Shown here one piece after another: positions 1-9,319 of a stretch of 64,000 bases of DNA. The stretch covers positions 9,587 through 73,586 of the forward strand of contig REAR01000069.1 in NCBI GenBank assembly GCA_004295245.1, written 5' to 3'. Position 1 is the first letter of the stretch. Each line of letters begins with the position of its first letter. The notes beneath the pieces were generated by a model that searched no databases, was not told where the DNA came from, and saw only the letters and a program-made list of their open reading frames with translations. This DNA comes from Sphingobacteriales bacterium (GTDB lineage: Bacteria; Bacteroidota; Bacteroidia; Chitinophagales; Chitinophagaceae). Made by a program: the position numbers and the translations under genes.

Positions 1-3000
1 TTTGCCTCTTACAATTAAACGAGCCGTGTAAGTGCTGTAGTTGTTGTAGAAATGATCTGTATTTAAAAGAGTGGATGTCTCTCCATCACCAAAATCCCAG
101 TAAGAAGAATCATAATCCCTTCCCTTAAATATGAACTTGGTTTGCAGTGGTGCACAAATAGAAATACTATCAATCATATCAAAATCTGCTACCGGTTGTT
201 TAATATAGATAAAATTGTTTTTTATAACAGAATCCCTACAACCGCGGCCATTATCTACCACCAACTTAATAGTATAGCGGGCACTATCACTGGTATAGGT
301 ATGTATTGGGTTCTGTTGTACAGAAGTAGTACCGTCACCAAAATCCCAAAAAAAACTGGTGGGGTTTATTTTTGAGCTATCTGTAAATTGTAAGGGTACA
401 TTAGGGCAATACATAGAATCGGGTACAGAAAACCCCGCTTTTAAATCAGTAATCTTAACGGTATCTATCAGTAATACACTGCTAAAACATCCTGCTGCAT
501 CCTGGGTAAATAGCTGCACCGTATAAGAGCCTGTATCTGCATATGTATGTGTAAAAGGTGGTGCTGTAAATATTTGCTGCTGCCCATCACCAAAAACAAA
601 ACGCCAGTTGGTAATAGCATTGATACCGTCTGTTGTTGAAAGGTCGGTAAATGTTATTGGTTTGTCTTTGCAGGCACCGCCAGTTTGCACAGAGAAGTTC
701 GCATAATTTCCGATAACCGTTAAATAGTTAGTAACTGTTTTGGTACTCACACACCCGTTGCTGTCTGTTATTGTTAAACGCACATCAAATACGCCGTTAA
801 ATGGCAGATTGCCAGTATAAGAGCGACCTGCAATTACAGGCGGAAACCCTCCAATTTGCCATTCATATTGCCGGATGTTTGCCGGGTTACTGGTAATTGC
901 ATTTAATGTAAAAGTATTGGTACGGCAAATTGTTGTTGCTGCTGCAGTAAAATCGGCAATCTCAGCAGATAACGTAACGGTTCTTTGTATGGTATTACTG
1001 CAACTACCATTAGTAACAGTTAATTTTACTATATAGCTACCGTATGCCGGATAGGTAAAATTTGGATTAACAAGGGTAGAAGTAGTATTGCCAGGGTCTC
1101 CAAATTCCCATAAATAAGAAATGGGGCCATAGGCTGCATCTGTTGCACTACTGTCTCTGAAACTTACCTCTAAGGTGGCACTACAATTTACAGTATAATT
1201 AAAACGTGCAACGGGTGGTAAAGAATGTATGAAAGAAGTTTTAGTAGTGGTTACGGCGCAACCATTATTAGTGGCGGTTAAAGAAACAGTATACCGGCCG
1301 GTATCTGCATAGCTATGGGTGGGGTTTTGCAAGTTGCTATTTCCTCCATCACCAAAATTCCACATCCATGCATCGGCCACATTGCTTAAGTCAGTAAAGT
1401 TTACAGCTTGCTGTGCACACACATTTAAAGGCGCCGCACTAAAATCTACTACAGGTACATTACCTGCTCTTACGCCACCCACATAAATAACAGAATCCGT
1501 ACAACCTCCGTTAGTGGTTACTACCAGTTTTACAGTATAATTTCCTTGAGTGTTATATATATGAGAAGGGGTGGGGGATGTACTTGTTGCACCTGCATCT
1601 CCAAAATCCCAGAAATAACTGGCCACTCCATCAACTGCATTTATATTGGCAACAGGTGAAAAATTAAAAGGAACACAACCTTGGGCTGTCATGCCATTTA
1701 TAGTTGGAACAGGACGTGTAATGCGTACAAATTTTAATTTTGTAATAGTGTTACTGCAACCCGCAGCATTGGTAACAGTTAAAGTAACATCAAACTCTCC
1801 CTGTGTGGTATAGGTATGTGCGGGGTTTTGCAAAGTGCTGGTGCCGCCATCACCAAAATTCCAAAGCCAACTAACACCGCCCACTGTTATATCTGTAAAA
1901 TTGGTGGTTAGGTTGGGTCGGCAGGCTATTGTATTTACCGCCGTAAAATCAGGTGTTGGCCGATCAATTACACGGATGCTTTTTGTAATAGAGTCTATAC
2001 AAGTAGCATATTTATTAACCAGTTTAACATTGTATAAACCAGCTGTTGGGTATGTTTTTGTTGGGTTTGCTACGGTGCTGCTACTACCATCTCCAAAACT
2101 CCAGTTATTGGAAGTGGGCACAGGGGCCGATGTGTTTGTAAAACTTGCCGTGGCACCTACGCATATTGTATCTGGCCCGCTGAAATTAGTAGTAATGGCT
2201 GGAAAGCTGATTGTTTTTTGAATATTGGCTGCACAACCAAAACTACTTTGCACATTTAATATAACAGTATAGTTGGTACTTGTTGGGTAGGTGGTTGCAG
2301 GGTCTGTGGCGGTGCTGGTTTGGGCATTCCCCAAATCCCAGTTATAACTTAAAGTGCCGGGCCCACTGGTTTGGTTTAAGAAAGAAACAGCAAATGGCGC
2401 TGAGCAGGATAACGAAGTTTGGTTGTAAGCAAACTGTGGTGTAATACCTGCAATAACACGTATATAACGTTGCAGCTTTAATTCTGTTTGGCAATTATTA
2501 GAGTTGGTTACCCTTAGAGTAACTGTATAAAAACCTGCTGTATTATAAGTGTGATTGGGGTTTTGTTGGTTGCTGGTTTGCCCATCTCCAAAATCCCAGT
2601 CCCATTGGGTAATGCTACCTGCACCTGGGGTAGAGGCATCTGTAAATTGTATAAAGCCCGGCGCACAAACCACGGTTCTGCTGGCACTAAAGTTTACAGT
2701 GGGAGATGCAAATACGGTGATATAGGCTGTTTTTCTTTCACTGGCAGTACCGCTGGCATTGCGGGCAATTAATGTAACGGTGTAAACGCCCGGTGTGTTA
2801 TAAAGGGTACTTGGGTTTTGCAGGTTAGATACCGAGCCGTTTCCAAAGTCCCAGGTCCAACTGGTGGGGGTGTTTGAAGATTGATCTGTAAAAGAAACAT
2901 TTAAAGGAGCGCAACCGCTCAAAGGAGTTCCGGTAAAGTTTGCCACGGGCGCCTGAGCCCATGCACTAATAGTTAATAAAATACCCGTAATAAAGGATAG

Positions 3001-3012
3001 AACAGCTTTCAA
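1..3012 (-). CDS. PKD-repeat cell-surface protein, N-terminal 1004 codons (3' end runs off the left edge of the window)
   Basis: It is absent from the ORF track because no stop codon lies in the window. The minus-strand frame is open from TTG at 3012-3010, with an in-frame TAA upstream at 3054-3052, and no other minus-strand ORF is listed in 1-3338. The N-terminus LKAVLSFITGILLTISAWAQAPVANFTG looks like a signal peptide. About 12 WxFGDG-type PKD motifs recur every ~250 bp, for example WDFGDG encoded at 99-82. Confidence 0.8.
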   Translation of the reverse strand, partial: MKAVLSFITGILLTISAWAQAPVANFTGTPLSGCAPLNVSFTDQSSNTPTSWTWDFGNGSVSNLQNPSTLYNTPGVYTVTLIARNASGTASERKTAYITVFASPTVNFSASRTVVCAPGFIQFTDASTPGAGSITQWDWDFGDGQTSNQQNPNHTYNTAGFYTVTLRVTNSNNCQTELKLQRYIRVIAGITPQFAYNQTSLSCSAPFAVSFLNQTSGPGTLSYNWDLGNAQTSTATDPATTYPTSTNYTVILNVQSSFGCAANIQKTISFPAITTNFSGPDTICVGATASFTNTSAPVPTSNNWSFGDGSSSTVANPTKTYPTAGLYNVKLVNKYATCIDSITKSIRVIDRPTPDFTAVNTIACRPNLTTNFTDITVGGVSWLWNFGDGGTSTLQNPAHTYTTQGEFDVTLTVTNAAGCSNTITKLKFVRITRPVPTINGMTAQGCVPFNFSPVANINAVDGVASYFWDFGDAGATSTSPTPSHIYNTQGNYTVKLVVTTNGGCTDSVIYVGGVRAGNVPVVDFSAAPLNVCAQQAVNFTDLSNVADAWMWNFGDGGNSNLQNPTHSYADTGRYTVSLTATNNGCAVTTTKTSFIHSLPPVARFNYTVNCSATLEVSFRDSSATDAAYGPISYLWEFGDPGNTTSTLVNPNFTYPAYGSYIVKLTVTNGSCSNTIQRTVTLSAEIADFTAAATTICRTNTFTLNAITSNPANIRQYEWQIGGFPPVIAGRSYTGNLPFNGVFDVRLTITDSNGCVSTKTVTNYLTVIGNYANFSVQTGGACKDKPITFTDLSTTDGINAITNWRFVFGDGQQQIFTAPPFTHTYADTGSYTVQLFTQDAAGCFSSVLLIDTVKITDLKAGFSVPDSMYCPNVPLQFTDSSKINPTSFFWDFGDGTTSVQQNPIHTYTSDSARYTIKLVVDNGRGCRDSVIKNNFIYIKQPVADFDMIDSISICAPLQTKFIFKGRDYDSSYWDFGDGETSTLLNTDHFYNNYSTYTARLIVRGK

Positions 3013-3126
3013 GTAATTTTCTTTTACAGTTATCAGAGTTGCCCGGCAAAATTAAGGTTGCTTGCTTAATAGAAAAACCTTAGACAAATAATATCTATAA
3101 AACTGTAAATGAGGGATTTTAGTATA

Positions 3127-3330
3127 GATGGCCCAGCATTTTATCCACTAATCAACATCGTTGCGTCGCACACTTCAGCGAAAGAATAAAAGATGGAAAG
3201 TTGGAAAGTCCTGGAGATGCTTACACAAATCACTCAAGTCTTTCCAACTTCTCTTATTGCTGACTTACCGACGTATTGCACAAGTGTGCGACGCAACGGC
3301 TGCTTAATAGTAGTACCAAGGCTGGTTACC
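3127..3330. repeat. Dispersed inverted-repeat element (GCGTCGCAC family), paired arms
   Basis: The left core GTTGCGTCGCACACTT is at 3160-3175 and the right core AAGTGTGCGACGCAAC is at 3282-3297. The right terminal repeat GCTGGTTACC is at 3321-3330, 9 nt from the stop of the upstream gene. There is also an internal GTTGGAAAG/CTTTCCAAC stem. Confidence 0.8.
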
Positions 3331-3338
3331 CAAAATTT

Positions 3339-6300
3339 TTACCGTATTATAGCAATATTGCCAGAGTACAAAAGAACTTGTTGATTTTCACATACTATTT
3401 CTACGGTATATACATACACATCGTTGGGTACGGCCTGTCCTTTGTAATTTCCATTCCATGCTTTTGTGGCATCGTTGGCAGTAAAGTTTCTTTGCTCAAA
3501 GAGGGTTTCTCCCCAGCGGTTAAATACCCGCATAGATTTTATGTTGTATAGGCCTGTGCCTCTTGGGTAAAAAAGGTCGTTATTACCATCTCCGTTAGGC
3601 GAGAAGGTGTTGGGGAAATACACATTGCCATTGTTACAGACCACGTAGATAGTTACCTCATCGGTTGTGGCGCAACCGCCCTCATTAACTGCGGTAATTT
3701 TATAGGTAGTGGTTTGTTTGGGTGTAGCCACCGGGTTAGGGCAGGTAACACAACTTAATCCAACAGCGGGCCGCCACTGGTAATTGCTGGCATCTGCAAT
3801 GGTTGCATTTAATTGTGTATTGGTGCCAACAGAAATGGTTACATCTTTACCCGCATCTGCAATGGGTACGGGATATACCACTACTTGCACATACCCGGTA
3901 TCGTAAAAGCAGCGCATGCTATCGTAGCCAATTACTCGGTAATTGGTGGTTTGTTGTGGTCTTGCCACCGGGTTTTTTGTAAAGGCATTATCTAAACCAA
4001 TTGCCGGAGACCACTCATAGTTTTCTGCATCACCTGCAAACAATTTGAAAGATTCTCCTTTGCATAAGGTATCGCCCGGCCCCACTTGCATTACAAATGG
4101 GTGTTTTACACGTACGAAAACAGAGTCTGTCGCTTCGCATCCAAAGTTTGTTTTTCCGGTTACATAAAACATCATATCTGTAATAGGAGCCGCCATTGTT
4201 ATAGCACAATCTGTACAAGAAAGTGCGGGTGAAGGATACCATGTATAGGTGCTGGCTCCCGTTGCCTGTAACGTAAGCGTTTTGTTTTCACAAATGGTGG
4301 CATTTAGCCCGGCATCAGTTTTGGGTAGCGGATACGCTGTAACTGTTTTGGTGCGGGTAGTTATACAACCTGATAAATTAGTTACGGTAAGAGAAATAGT
4401 ATAGTCACCCTCTTGCTGGTAAGTAATATCTGGCGGATTTTGTAAATCAGAGCTGGTGCCGTTTCCAAAATCCCATAACCAGCTAAGGGTAGTGGTATCA
4501 CTTAATAGGTTATCTCCAAAAATAGTAAGTGTTGCTGGCGCACATGCACCAGAGTCGCCTCTAAGTAGTACTTGGGGGCTGCTAACTATTTTAATGTCGG
4601 TTATTTGTTTCGATGTATCAGTGCAACCAAACACGGAGGTAGCAATGAGTTGTACAGAATATATGCCTGGGGTATTATATACATGCTGTGGATTTTTTTG
4701 ATTGGAGGTATTTCCGTCTCCAAAATTCCAGCTATAAGAAACAATTTGATCATTTGAGGTGGAGTTGTCTGAAAAAACAACAAGCCCCGAATCGCAAAAG
4801 ATTGCTTTACTGGTATTAAAAATAGCCTCCACACCAAATATTCTGATGGTGTCTTTTCCAAGTATAGGCACTTTACATCCCTGCAGATCTTCTAGTATCA
4901 TACGTGGTACATATACACCCATTGATGAGTAGGTGTGTGTTACTATAGAATCAGTACTTAAGTAAGTTTCACCATCATTATAATCCCATATAAACGAGCT
5001 TGTATTTTGAGTAATTGCTTTAAATTGAATGTCGGCTGGTTTACACGCATCTGTTTTATCGTATGTAAATATTCCGGTAGGGCCTTCCACCACAATTTTT
5101 TTAGTAAGCGTATCGGTGCACCCGCCCGGGCTGGTAACTATCAAGCGGGCATAATAGGTACCGGGGTAATTATAGTAATGCTCTGGGTTAGAAAGGGTAG
5201 AACCGGTACCGTCTCCAAAGTTCCAATCAAAATACCTGAAGTATGTAGATTGATTGGTAAATCGTACGATCAATGGCGGACAGGTTCCTACAGAGTCGCT
5301 CATTGTAAAAAGGGCTTTCGGTTCATCAATATTTATGTAAGTGGGTAAAGTAACAGAGTCTTTACAGCCATACCCATCAGTAATTGTAAGCTTTATATCA
5401 TATACTCCATTAGCAAGGTATCTGTGAGTAGTGTTATTTACAGCACCCGTAGCGCCATCACCAAAATCCCAAATAGAACGTATGGAGGGCCCTTGTGAGG
5501 TATTGATAAAACGTACCAGACTGTTTTTACAACTTAAAGTATCGGGGCTAAAAAAACTTGCTTTAGGGTCTGATATATATACATGGTTTGTTTTTTTGAT
5601 GGTATCTGAGCAACCAAATGCATCTGTTATTTTTAATGACACATTATAAAAACCAGGGTTTGAATAGTAATGACTAAAAGGAGGTGTATTAAAAGCTTGT
5701 GTAACCCCATCTCCAAAATTCCACGTCCATGTGCTAATGGCATTTCTTCCATCCGTTAGAGATGAATCGTTGAAATTAATGATGGGCATATTATTATAAC
5801 AAGCCGATTTATTAATTGCTCCGAAGTTTGCAGTGGGGCCGTTTACGGTTATGTAATTTAACTTGGTAATAGTATCTCTGCAACCCAGAATATTAGTGGT
5901 AATAAGTGTTATGCTATAAAGGCCCGCTTTGTTAAACGAAATTTTTGGGTTTCGGGCAGTATCTGTTTTATTGTTATATTTCCACAGATAGTAAACAATA
6001 TTTCTTGAATTATAATTAAACGGCTCAAGTGTCAGAGAATCTCCTTTACAGATACTGGTAGTGCTGGCCGTGAAATCCGGGTTTTCATCAATTATCCGTG
6101 CATAGTATGAGGTGCTATGTGTGCAAGTGTCATTGCTAACTGTTAGCACCACTAAATATGTGCCTGGTGCGGTATATGTATGCACCGGGTTTTTAACGTT
6201 AGAGGTTGTACCATCACCAAAATCCCAAATATGAGAAGTAGCTCCGATAGACCGATCGGTAAAGAAATATTTGAATGGGTTATTACAATTAAAAAGTGCC

Positions 6301-6647
6301 CCAAATTTTGCAACAGGCGGTTTTATGTGTACAAATCTTGGTTTCCTTATAGTATCGGTGCAACCATTATTACTGGCAATTAATGTTATAGTAAAATAAC
6401 CGGTATCTCTATACAGGTGTAATGGGTTACGCGTCGTATCCGCACCCCCATCGCCAAAAAACCAGAAGTAATTAGTACTGTTTGATGAAGATTTGTTAAT
6501 GAATTGTATGGCTGTGGATGCACAGGCATCTTTTGGCATTGCATCAAAATCGGCTACCGGACGTTGCCCTACTTTTACGGCATTTTTATAATAAAGGGTA
6601 TCCGAGCATCCATCTGCTGTGGTATAGGCAAATGCAATATCATACAA
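3339..6647 (-). CDS. PKD-repeat protein with T9SS type-B (gliding-motility-associated) C-terminal domain; C-terminal fragment of a disrupted gene
   Basis: The 1102-aa ORF has many FGDG PKD motifs. Its C-terminus, FPNTFSPNGDGNNDLFYP...VFNRWGETLFE...GNIAIIR, matches the type-B T9SS sorting domain pattern. The listed start is only a TTG inside PGLYDI, so there is no signal peptide and no genuine start. Confidence 0.85.
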   Translation of the reverse strand: MYDIAFAYTTADGCSDTLYYKNAVKVGQRPVADFDAMPKDACASTAIQFINKSSSNSTNYFWFFGDGGADTTRNPLHLYRDTGYFTITLIASNNGCTDTIRKPRFVHIKPPVAKFGALFNCNNPFKYFFTDRSIGATSHIWDFGDGTTSNVKNPVHTYTAPGTYLVVLTVSNDTCTHSTSYYARIIDENPDFTASTTSICKGDSLTLEPFNYNSRNIVYYLWKYNNKTDTARNPKISFNKAGLYSITLITTNILGCRDTITKLNYITVNGPTANFGAINKSACYNNMPIINFNDSSLTDGRNAISTWTWNFGDGVTQAFNTPPFSHYYSNPGFYNVSLKITDAFGCSDTIKKTNHVYISDPKASFFSPDTLSCKNSLVRFINTSQGPSIRSIWDFGDGATGAVNNTTHRYLANGVYDIKLTITDGYGCKDSVTLPTYINIDEPKALFTMSDSVGTCPPLIVRFTNQSTYFRYFDWNFGDGTGSTLSNPEHYYNYPGTYYARLIVTSPGGCTDTLTKKIVVEGPTGIFTYDKTDACKPADIQFKAITQNTSSFIWDYNDGETYLSTDSIVTHTYSSMGVYVPRMILEDLQGCKVPILGKDTIRIFGVEAIFNTSKAIFCDSGLVVFSDNSTSNDQIVSYSWNFGDGNTSNQKNPQHVYNTPGIYSVQLIATSVFGCTDTSKQITDIKIVSSPQVLLRGDSGACAPATLTIFGDNLLSDTTTLSWLWDFGNGTSSDLQNPPDITYQQEGDYTISLTVTNLSGCITTRTKTVTAYPLPKTDAGLNATICENKTLTLQATGASTYTWYPSPALSCTDCAITMAAPITDMMFYVTGKTNFGCEATDSVFVRVKHPFVMQVGPGDTLCKGESFKLFAGDAENYEWSPAIGLDNAFTKNPVARPQQTTNYRVIGYDSMRCFYDTGYVQVVVYPVPIADAGKDVTISVGTNTQLNATIADASNYQWRPAVGLSCVTCPNPVATPKQTTTYKITAVNEGGCATTDEVTIYVVCNNGNVYFPNTFSPNGDGNNDLFYPRGTGLYNIKSMRVFNRWGETLFEQRNFTANDATKAWNGNYKGQAVPNDVYVYTVEIVCENQQVLLYSGNIAIIR

Positions 6648-6650
6648 TCC

Positions 6651-6694
6651 GGGTGTTGTATACGTGTGCGTTGGGTGTTGTATACGTGTGCGTT
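6651..6694. repeat. Perfect 22-bp tandem duplication (2 copies) inside PKD coding sequence
   Basis: GGGTGTTGTATACGTGTGCGTT at 6651-6672 is repeated exactly at 6673-6694. The length is not a multiple of 3. Confidence 0.95.
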
Positions 6695-6908
6695 GGTATG
6701 GCTAAAGTGGAGGTGGTACCATCTCCAAAGTTCCACCAGTAGCTGGTTATAGGTGTTAAAGTATTAATAGCGTAACTCGGTGAAAAATTTAAAGGAGCGC
6801 AACCATTTTTGGGAACATTGTAAAATTCAATTTTTGGTTTAGCAATGGCAATATAATTCTGTTTTCTTATAGAGTCGCTACAGCCGGATGCGTTGGTAAC
6901 TACAAGTT

Positions 6909-8219
6909 TTACGCTAAATGATCCTTCTTTAGTGTAACGCTAAATGATCCTTCTTTAGTGTAAATATGAATTGGATTTTCCAGGTCTGATGAATCACCGT
7001 CTCCAAAATACCATTTATAATTTATGCCGGATGTAGAAATGTTTGTAAACTGTACACTAAAGGGGGCACTGCAGCTATTGGTTGCAGAAGAGTTAAAGCC
7101 CATCACAGGTTTGGGTATAACATTTATAGTTTTTGTTGCGGTATCGCGGCAAGAACCAAAATCGGTTATAAGTTTTATAATATAACTGCCACTGCTAGCG
7201 TAGCTTTTTGAGGCCACAGAGTCTGTCGACGTGTTGCCATCTCCAAAACGCCAAATAAAGTTAGTGTTATATGGTATAGTGGTATTAACAGCTTTAAAAA
7301 TTTCTTTTTCACAAATACTATCCGGTATAATAAACGAAGAACGGGCAATACCAATTAAAATTGAATCAGTTTTTATGAGAGTATCTGCGCATCCGGCATT
7401 ATTCGTAGTTATCAGCTGCACAGTATATTTGCCTGCATTTAAATAAGTGTTTGATGGGTTGGCATTAGTGGAAGTAGTGCCATTTCCAAAATCCCATTTA
7501 TAAGAGAGTATACCTGTGCCGGTACTATTATTGGTAAAGTTTACTACTGCCGGCGGGGAGCACAGATTAGATGTAACAAAAGAAAAATCGGCAACTGCAC
7601 CGCCGTTAATTTTTATATACTTCTGTTTTGAAATTGTTTTTACACAACCCGCTGCATTGGTTACTCTTAAAATAACATTATAGCTGCCTGCCGTTAAATA
7701 AGTATGTACAGGGTTCTTTAAAGTAGAGAGCGTACCATCCCCTAAATCCCATTCCCATTGCACAATATCGCCTTCATTGGCTATGCTCTCATCTGTAAAT
7801 TGTACGTTTAATGGATAACAACCAACGGTATCAGATGCTTTAAAAGAAGGGGTAGGCAGGGCGTTTACAATTATGTATTGTGTTTTAATTATTGAATCGG
7901 CAGTACCTGATGCGTTTTTTACCACTAATTTAATGGTGTACATGCCGGGTGTAAAGTATGTAGTTGATGGGTTTTGTAAGTATGAAACAGTACCGTTGCC
8001 TAAATTCCACTTCCAGTAGTTGGGTTTTCCAATTTCGCCCTCGCGGCTATCCCAAGTAGAGGCATCTTTGAAGCTTACAAATAATGGGGCGCAACCACTT
8101 AATGGGGTAGCTGTAAAGTCTGCTCTTAATTGTGCAGTAAGCCTATTACTTAAACTAATAAAGAACAGCAATACTAATAAGGCACGGGGCACAAAGGCCC
8201 TTTTGGTTTTCATACGCAA
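6909..8219 (-). CDS. PKD-repeat protein, N-terminal fragment of the same disrupted gene (carries the signal peptide)
   Basis: The 436-aa ORF starts MRMKTKRAFVPRALLVLLFFISLSNRLTAQ, a signal peptide, and contains about 5 PKD repeats. It ends at a TAA created inside the second copy of the 26-bp duplication. Confidence 0.85.
   Translation of the reverse strand: MRMKTKRAFVPRALLVLLFFISLSNRLTAQLRADFTATPLSGCAPLFVSFKDASTWDSREGEIGKPNYWKWNLGNGTVSYLQNPSTTYFTPGMYTIKLVVKNASGTADSIIKTQYIIVNALPTPSFKASDTVGCYPLNVQFTDESIANEGDIVQWEWDLGDGTLSTLKNPVHTYLTAGSYNVILRVTNAAGCVKTISKQKYIKINGGAVADFSFVTSNLCSPPAVVNFTNNSTGTGILSYKWDFGNGTTSTNANPSNTYLNAGKYTVQLITTNNAGCADTLIKTDSILIGIARSSFIIPDSICEKEIFKAVNTTIPYNTNFIWRFGDGNTSTDSVASKSYASSGSYIIKLITDFGSCRDTATKTINVIPKPVMGFNSSATNSCSAPFSVQFTNISTSGINYKWYFGDGDSSDLENPIHIYTKEGSFSVTLKKDHLA
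6911..6962. repeat. Perfect 26-bp tandem duplication (2 copies) inside PKD coding sequence
   Basis: ACGCTAAATGATCCTTCTTTAGTGTA at 6911-6936 is repeated exactly at 6937-6962. The length is not a multiple of 3. Confidence 0.95.
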
Positions 8220-8348
8220 TGGATTCTGGTTTAACTCAGGATACTACGTACTGAAAACGGCATGTGTAAGAATTACTTATTTATTTAATAACAGCGTTTC
8301 TTAAATTAAAGGTTAACACTAAGCAGCTGTTTAGTGCTTATGTATAAA

Positions 8349-8372
8349 CAAAAAAACTGCACCGGGGTGCAG
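8349..8372 (-). terminator. Rho-independent terminator-like hairpin (minus strand)
   Basis: The stem CTGCACC/GGTGCAG has a 2-nt loop and is followed on the minus strand by a run of 7 T (A-run at 8350-8356 on the plus strand). Confidence 0.5.
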
Positions 8373-8595
8373 TAGTAATAGTTACGGACTTTCTACCAAA
8401 AAGATGTGGTTACAGAAATAAAGGAAGCAGGATGGTTTCACTGCTTCCATGTTGGACGCTTTCAAAAAGGTAAAGACCTAAGACGCTCTATTGATGCGTG
8501 TAAACCCTTATTGGTTGCAGGTAATATATTTTTTATTAAATAAAGCCGGTATTTGGGTAGTAACTATAACCCGCGCCAGAGCTCCATTAATTATC

Positions 8596-8649
8596 TGCCC
8601 TTGAACCGAGCGTGGCAACAATGCTGCCCTTTTTACAAATGCTGGTGCC
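8596..8649. repeat. Diverged copy of the dispersed element (GAGCGTGGCAAC variant)
   Basis: TTGAACCGAGCGTGGCAACAATGCTGCCC is followed by GCTGGTGCC. It closely resembles 30222-30270. Confidence 0.5.
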
Positions 8650-8684
8650 AAAAAAAATCTCCTGCCATGGCAAGAGATTTTTTT
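8650..8684. terminator. Bidirectional terminator hairpin downstream of ssb
   Basis: The stem AAATCTC..GAGATTT has an inner TGCC/GGCA pairing and is flanked by an A-run and a T-run. It lies about 25 nt after the ssb stop. Confidence 0.7.
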
Positions 8685-8710
8685 AAAAAGCTATAAAATT
8701 TTCTGCATTA

Positions 8711-9130
8711 CTAAAATGGCAGATCATCAACAGGTTCTGTAATTTCATTAGCAGGAGAGCTGCTTACTGATGCGGGTGCTGCATAGCCACCACCGCCAGA
8801 AGGGCCACCTTCATTTTTGCCACCCAGCAACTGCACACTGCCCACTCTTAATGAAAGTGATACACCGGCGGTGCCGTCACTTTTAGTATATGAACGAACA
8901 TCGGGGGTACCTTCTACATACACCTGGGTGCCTTTGCGTAAATATGGGGCAATACCGGTGCGATCGCTCCAATAAGCACATTCAACCCAAATGGTTTTGT
9001 CTTTTTGGTTGCCCTGTGCATCTTTGTACTTTTCTGTGTGTGCCACATTAAAGTTCATAACTGTTTTACCATTTACATTGTTGGTAACACAATCTTTACC
9101 CAGGTTGCCAATAACTTGTAGCTTGATCAT
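8711..9130 (-). CDS. ssb: Single-stranded DNA-binding protein
   Basis: The 139-aa protein has an OB-fold-like N-terminus (MIKLQVIGNLGKD...), a Gly-rich linker and the acidic tail DDLPF typical of SSB. Confidence 0.9.
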   Translation of the reverse strand: MIKLQVIGNLGKDCVTNNVNGKTVMNFNVAHTEKYKDAQGNQKDKTIWVECAYWSDRTGIAPYLRKGTQVYVEGTPDVRSYTKSDGTAGVSLSLRVGSVQLLGGKNEGGPSGGGGYAAPASVSSSPANEITEPVDDLPF

Positions 9131-9249
9131 ACTTAATAAATTTAGCTTCGTAATTAAAATTGTTTAGACGGGCAATTTAAAGCTAAAACCCAATACCACC
9201 ATACCACTTTATGGTAGTTTTTGCGGGTGTGGAAAATTTTGTAGAAGTG

Positions 9250-9300
9250 GGCATTGTTGCAAAGGTCGGCAGCCGTTGCGTCGCACCCTGCAACAGTGGT
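9250..9300. repeat. Dispersed element, solo core of the CACCCT subtype
   Basis: GGCAGCCGTTGCGTCGCACCCTGCAAC at 9268-9294 sits within the stem CATTGTTGCA (9252-9261) / TGCAACAGTG (9289-9298). Its exact reverse complement is at 21444-21470. Confidence 0.8.
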
Positions 9301-9319
9301 GCAAAGCCGGGCCAGGGGT

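Larger units (their letters stand above)
3339..8219 (-). pseudogene. Large PKD-repeat T9SS cargo gene (~1610 aa when one copy of each microduplication is removed), interrupted by two frameshifting duplications
   Basis: Both ORFs are in the same phase (8219 and 6647 are both 2 mod 3). Removing one 26-bp unit and one 22-bp unit gives a continuous canonical PKD repeat across 6647-6909. Confidence 0.75.

Noticed and set aside
142-2772. Plus-strand ORFs 142..375, 1835..2221 and 2551..2772 lie in the left 3 kb.
   Set aside because: They are shadow ORFs opposite the long open minus-strand PKD frame, in which the FGDG motifs are in frame.
3276-3551. Small ORFs translate the repeat core into ..KCATQ.. 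peptides. Besides this one, they include 14422..14685, 49312..49497, 52899..53117 and 63291..63485.
   Set aside because: Their similarity comes only from reading through the non-coding repeat. They are short, lie in different contexts and overlap element hairpins, so they are not genes.
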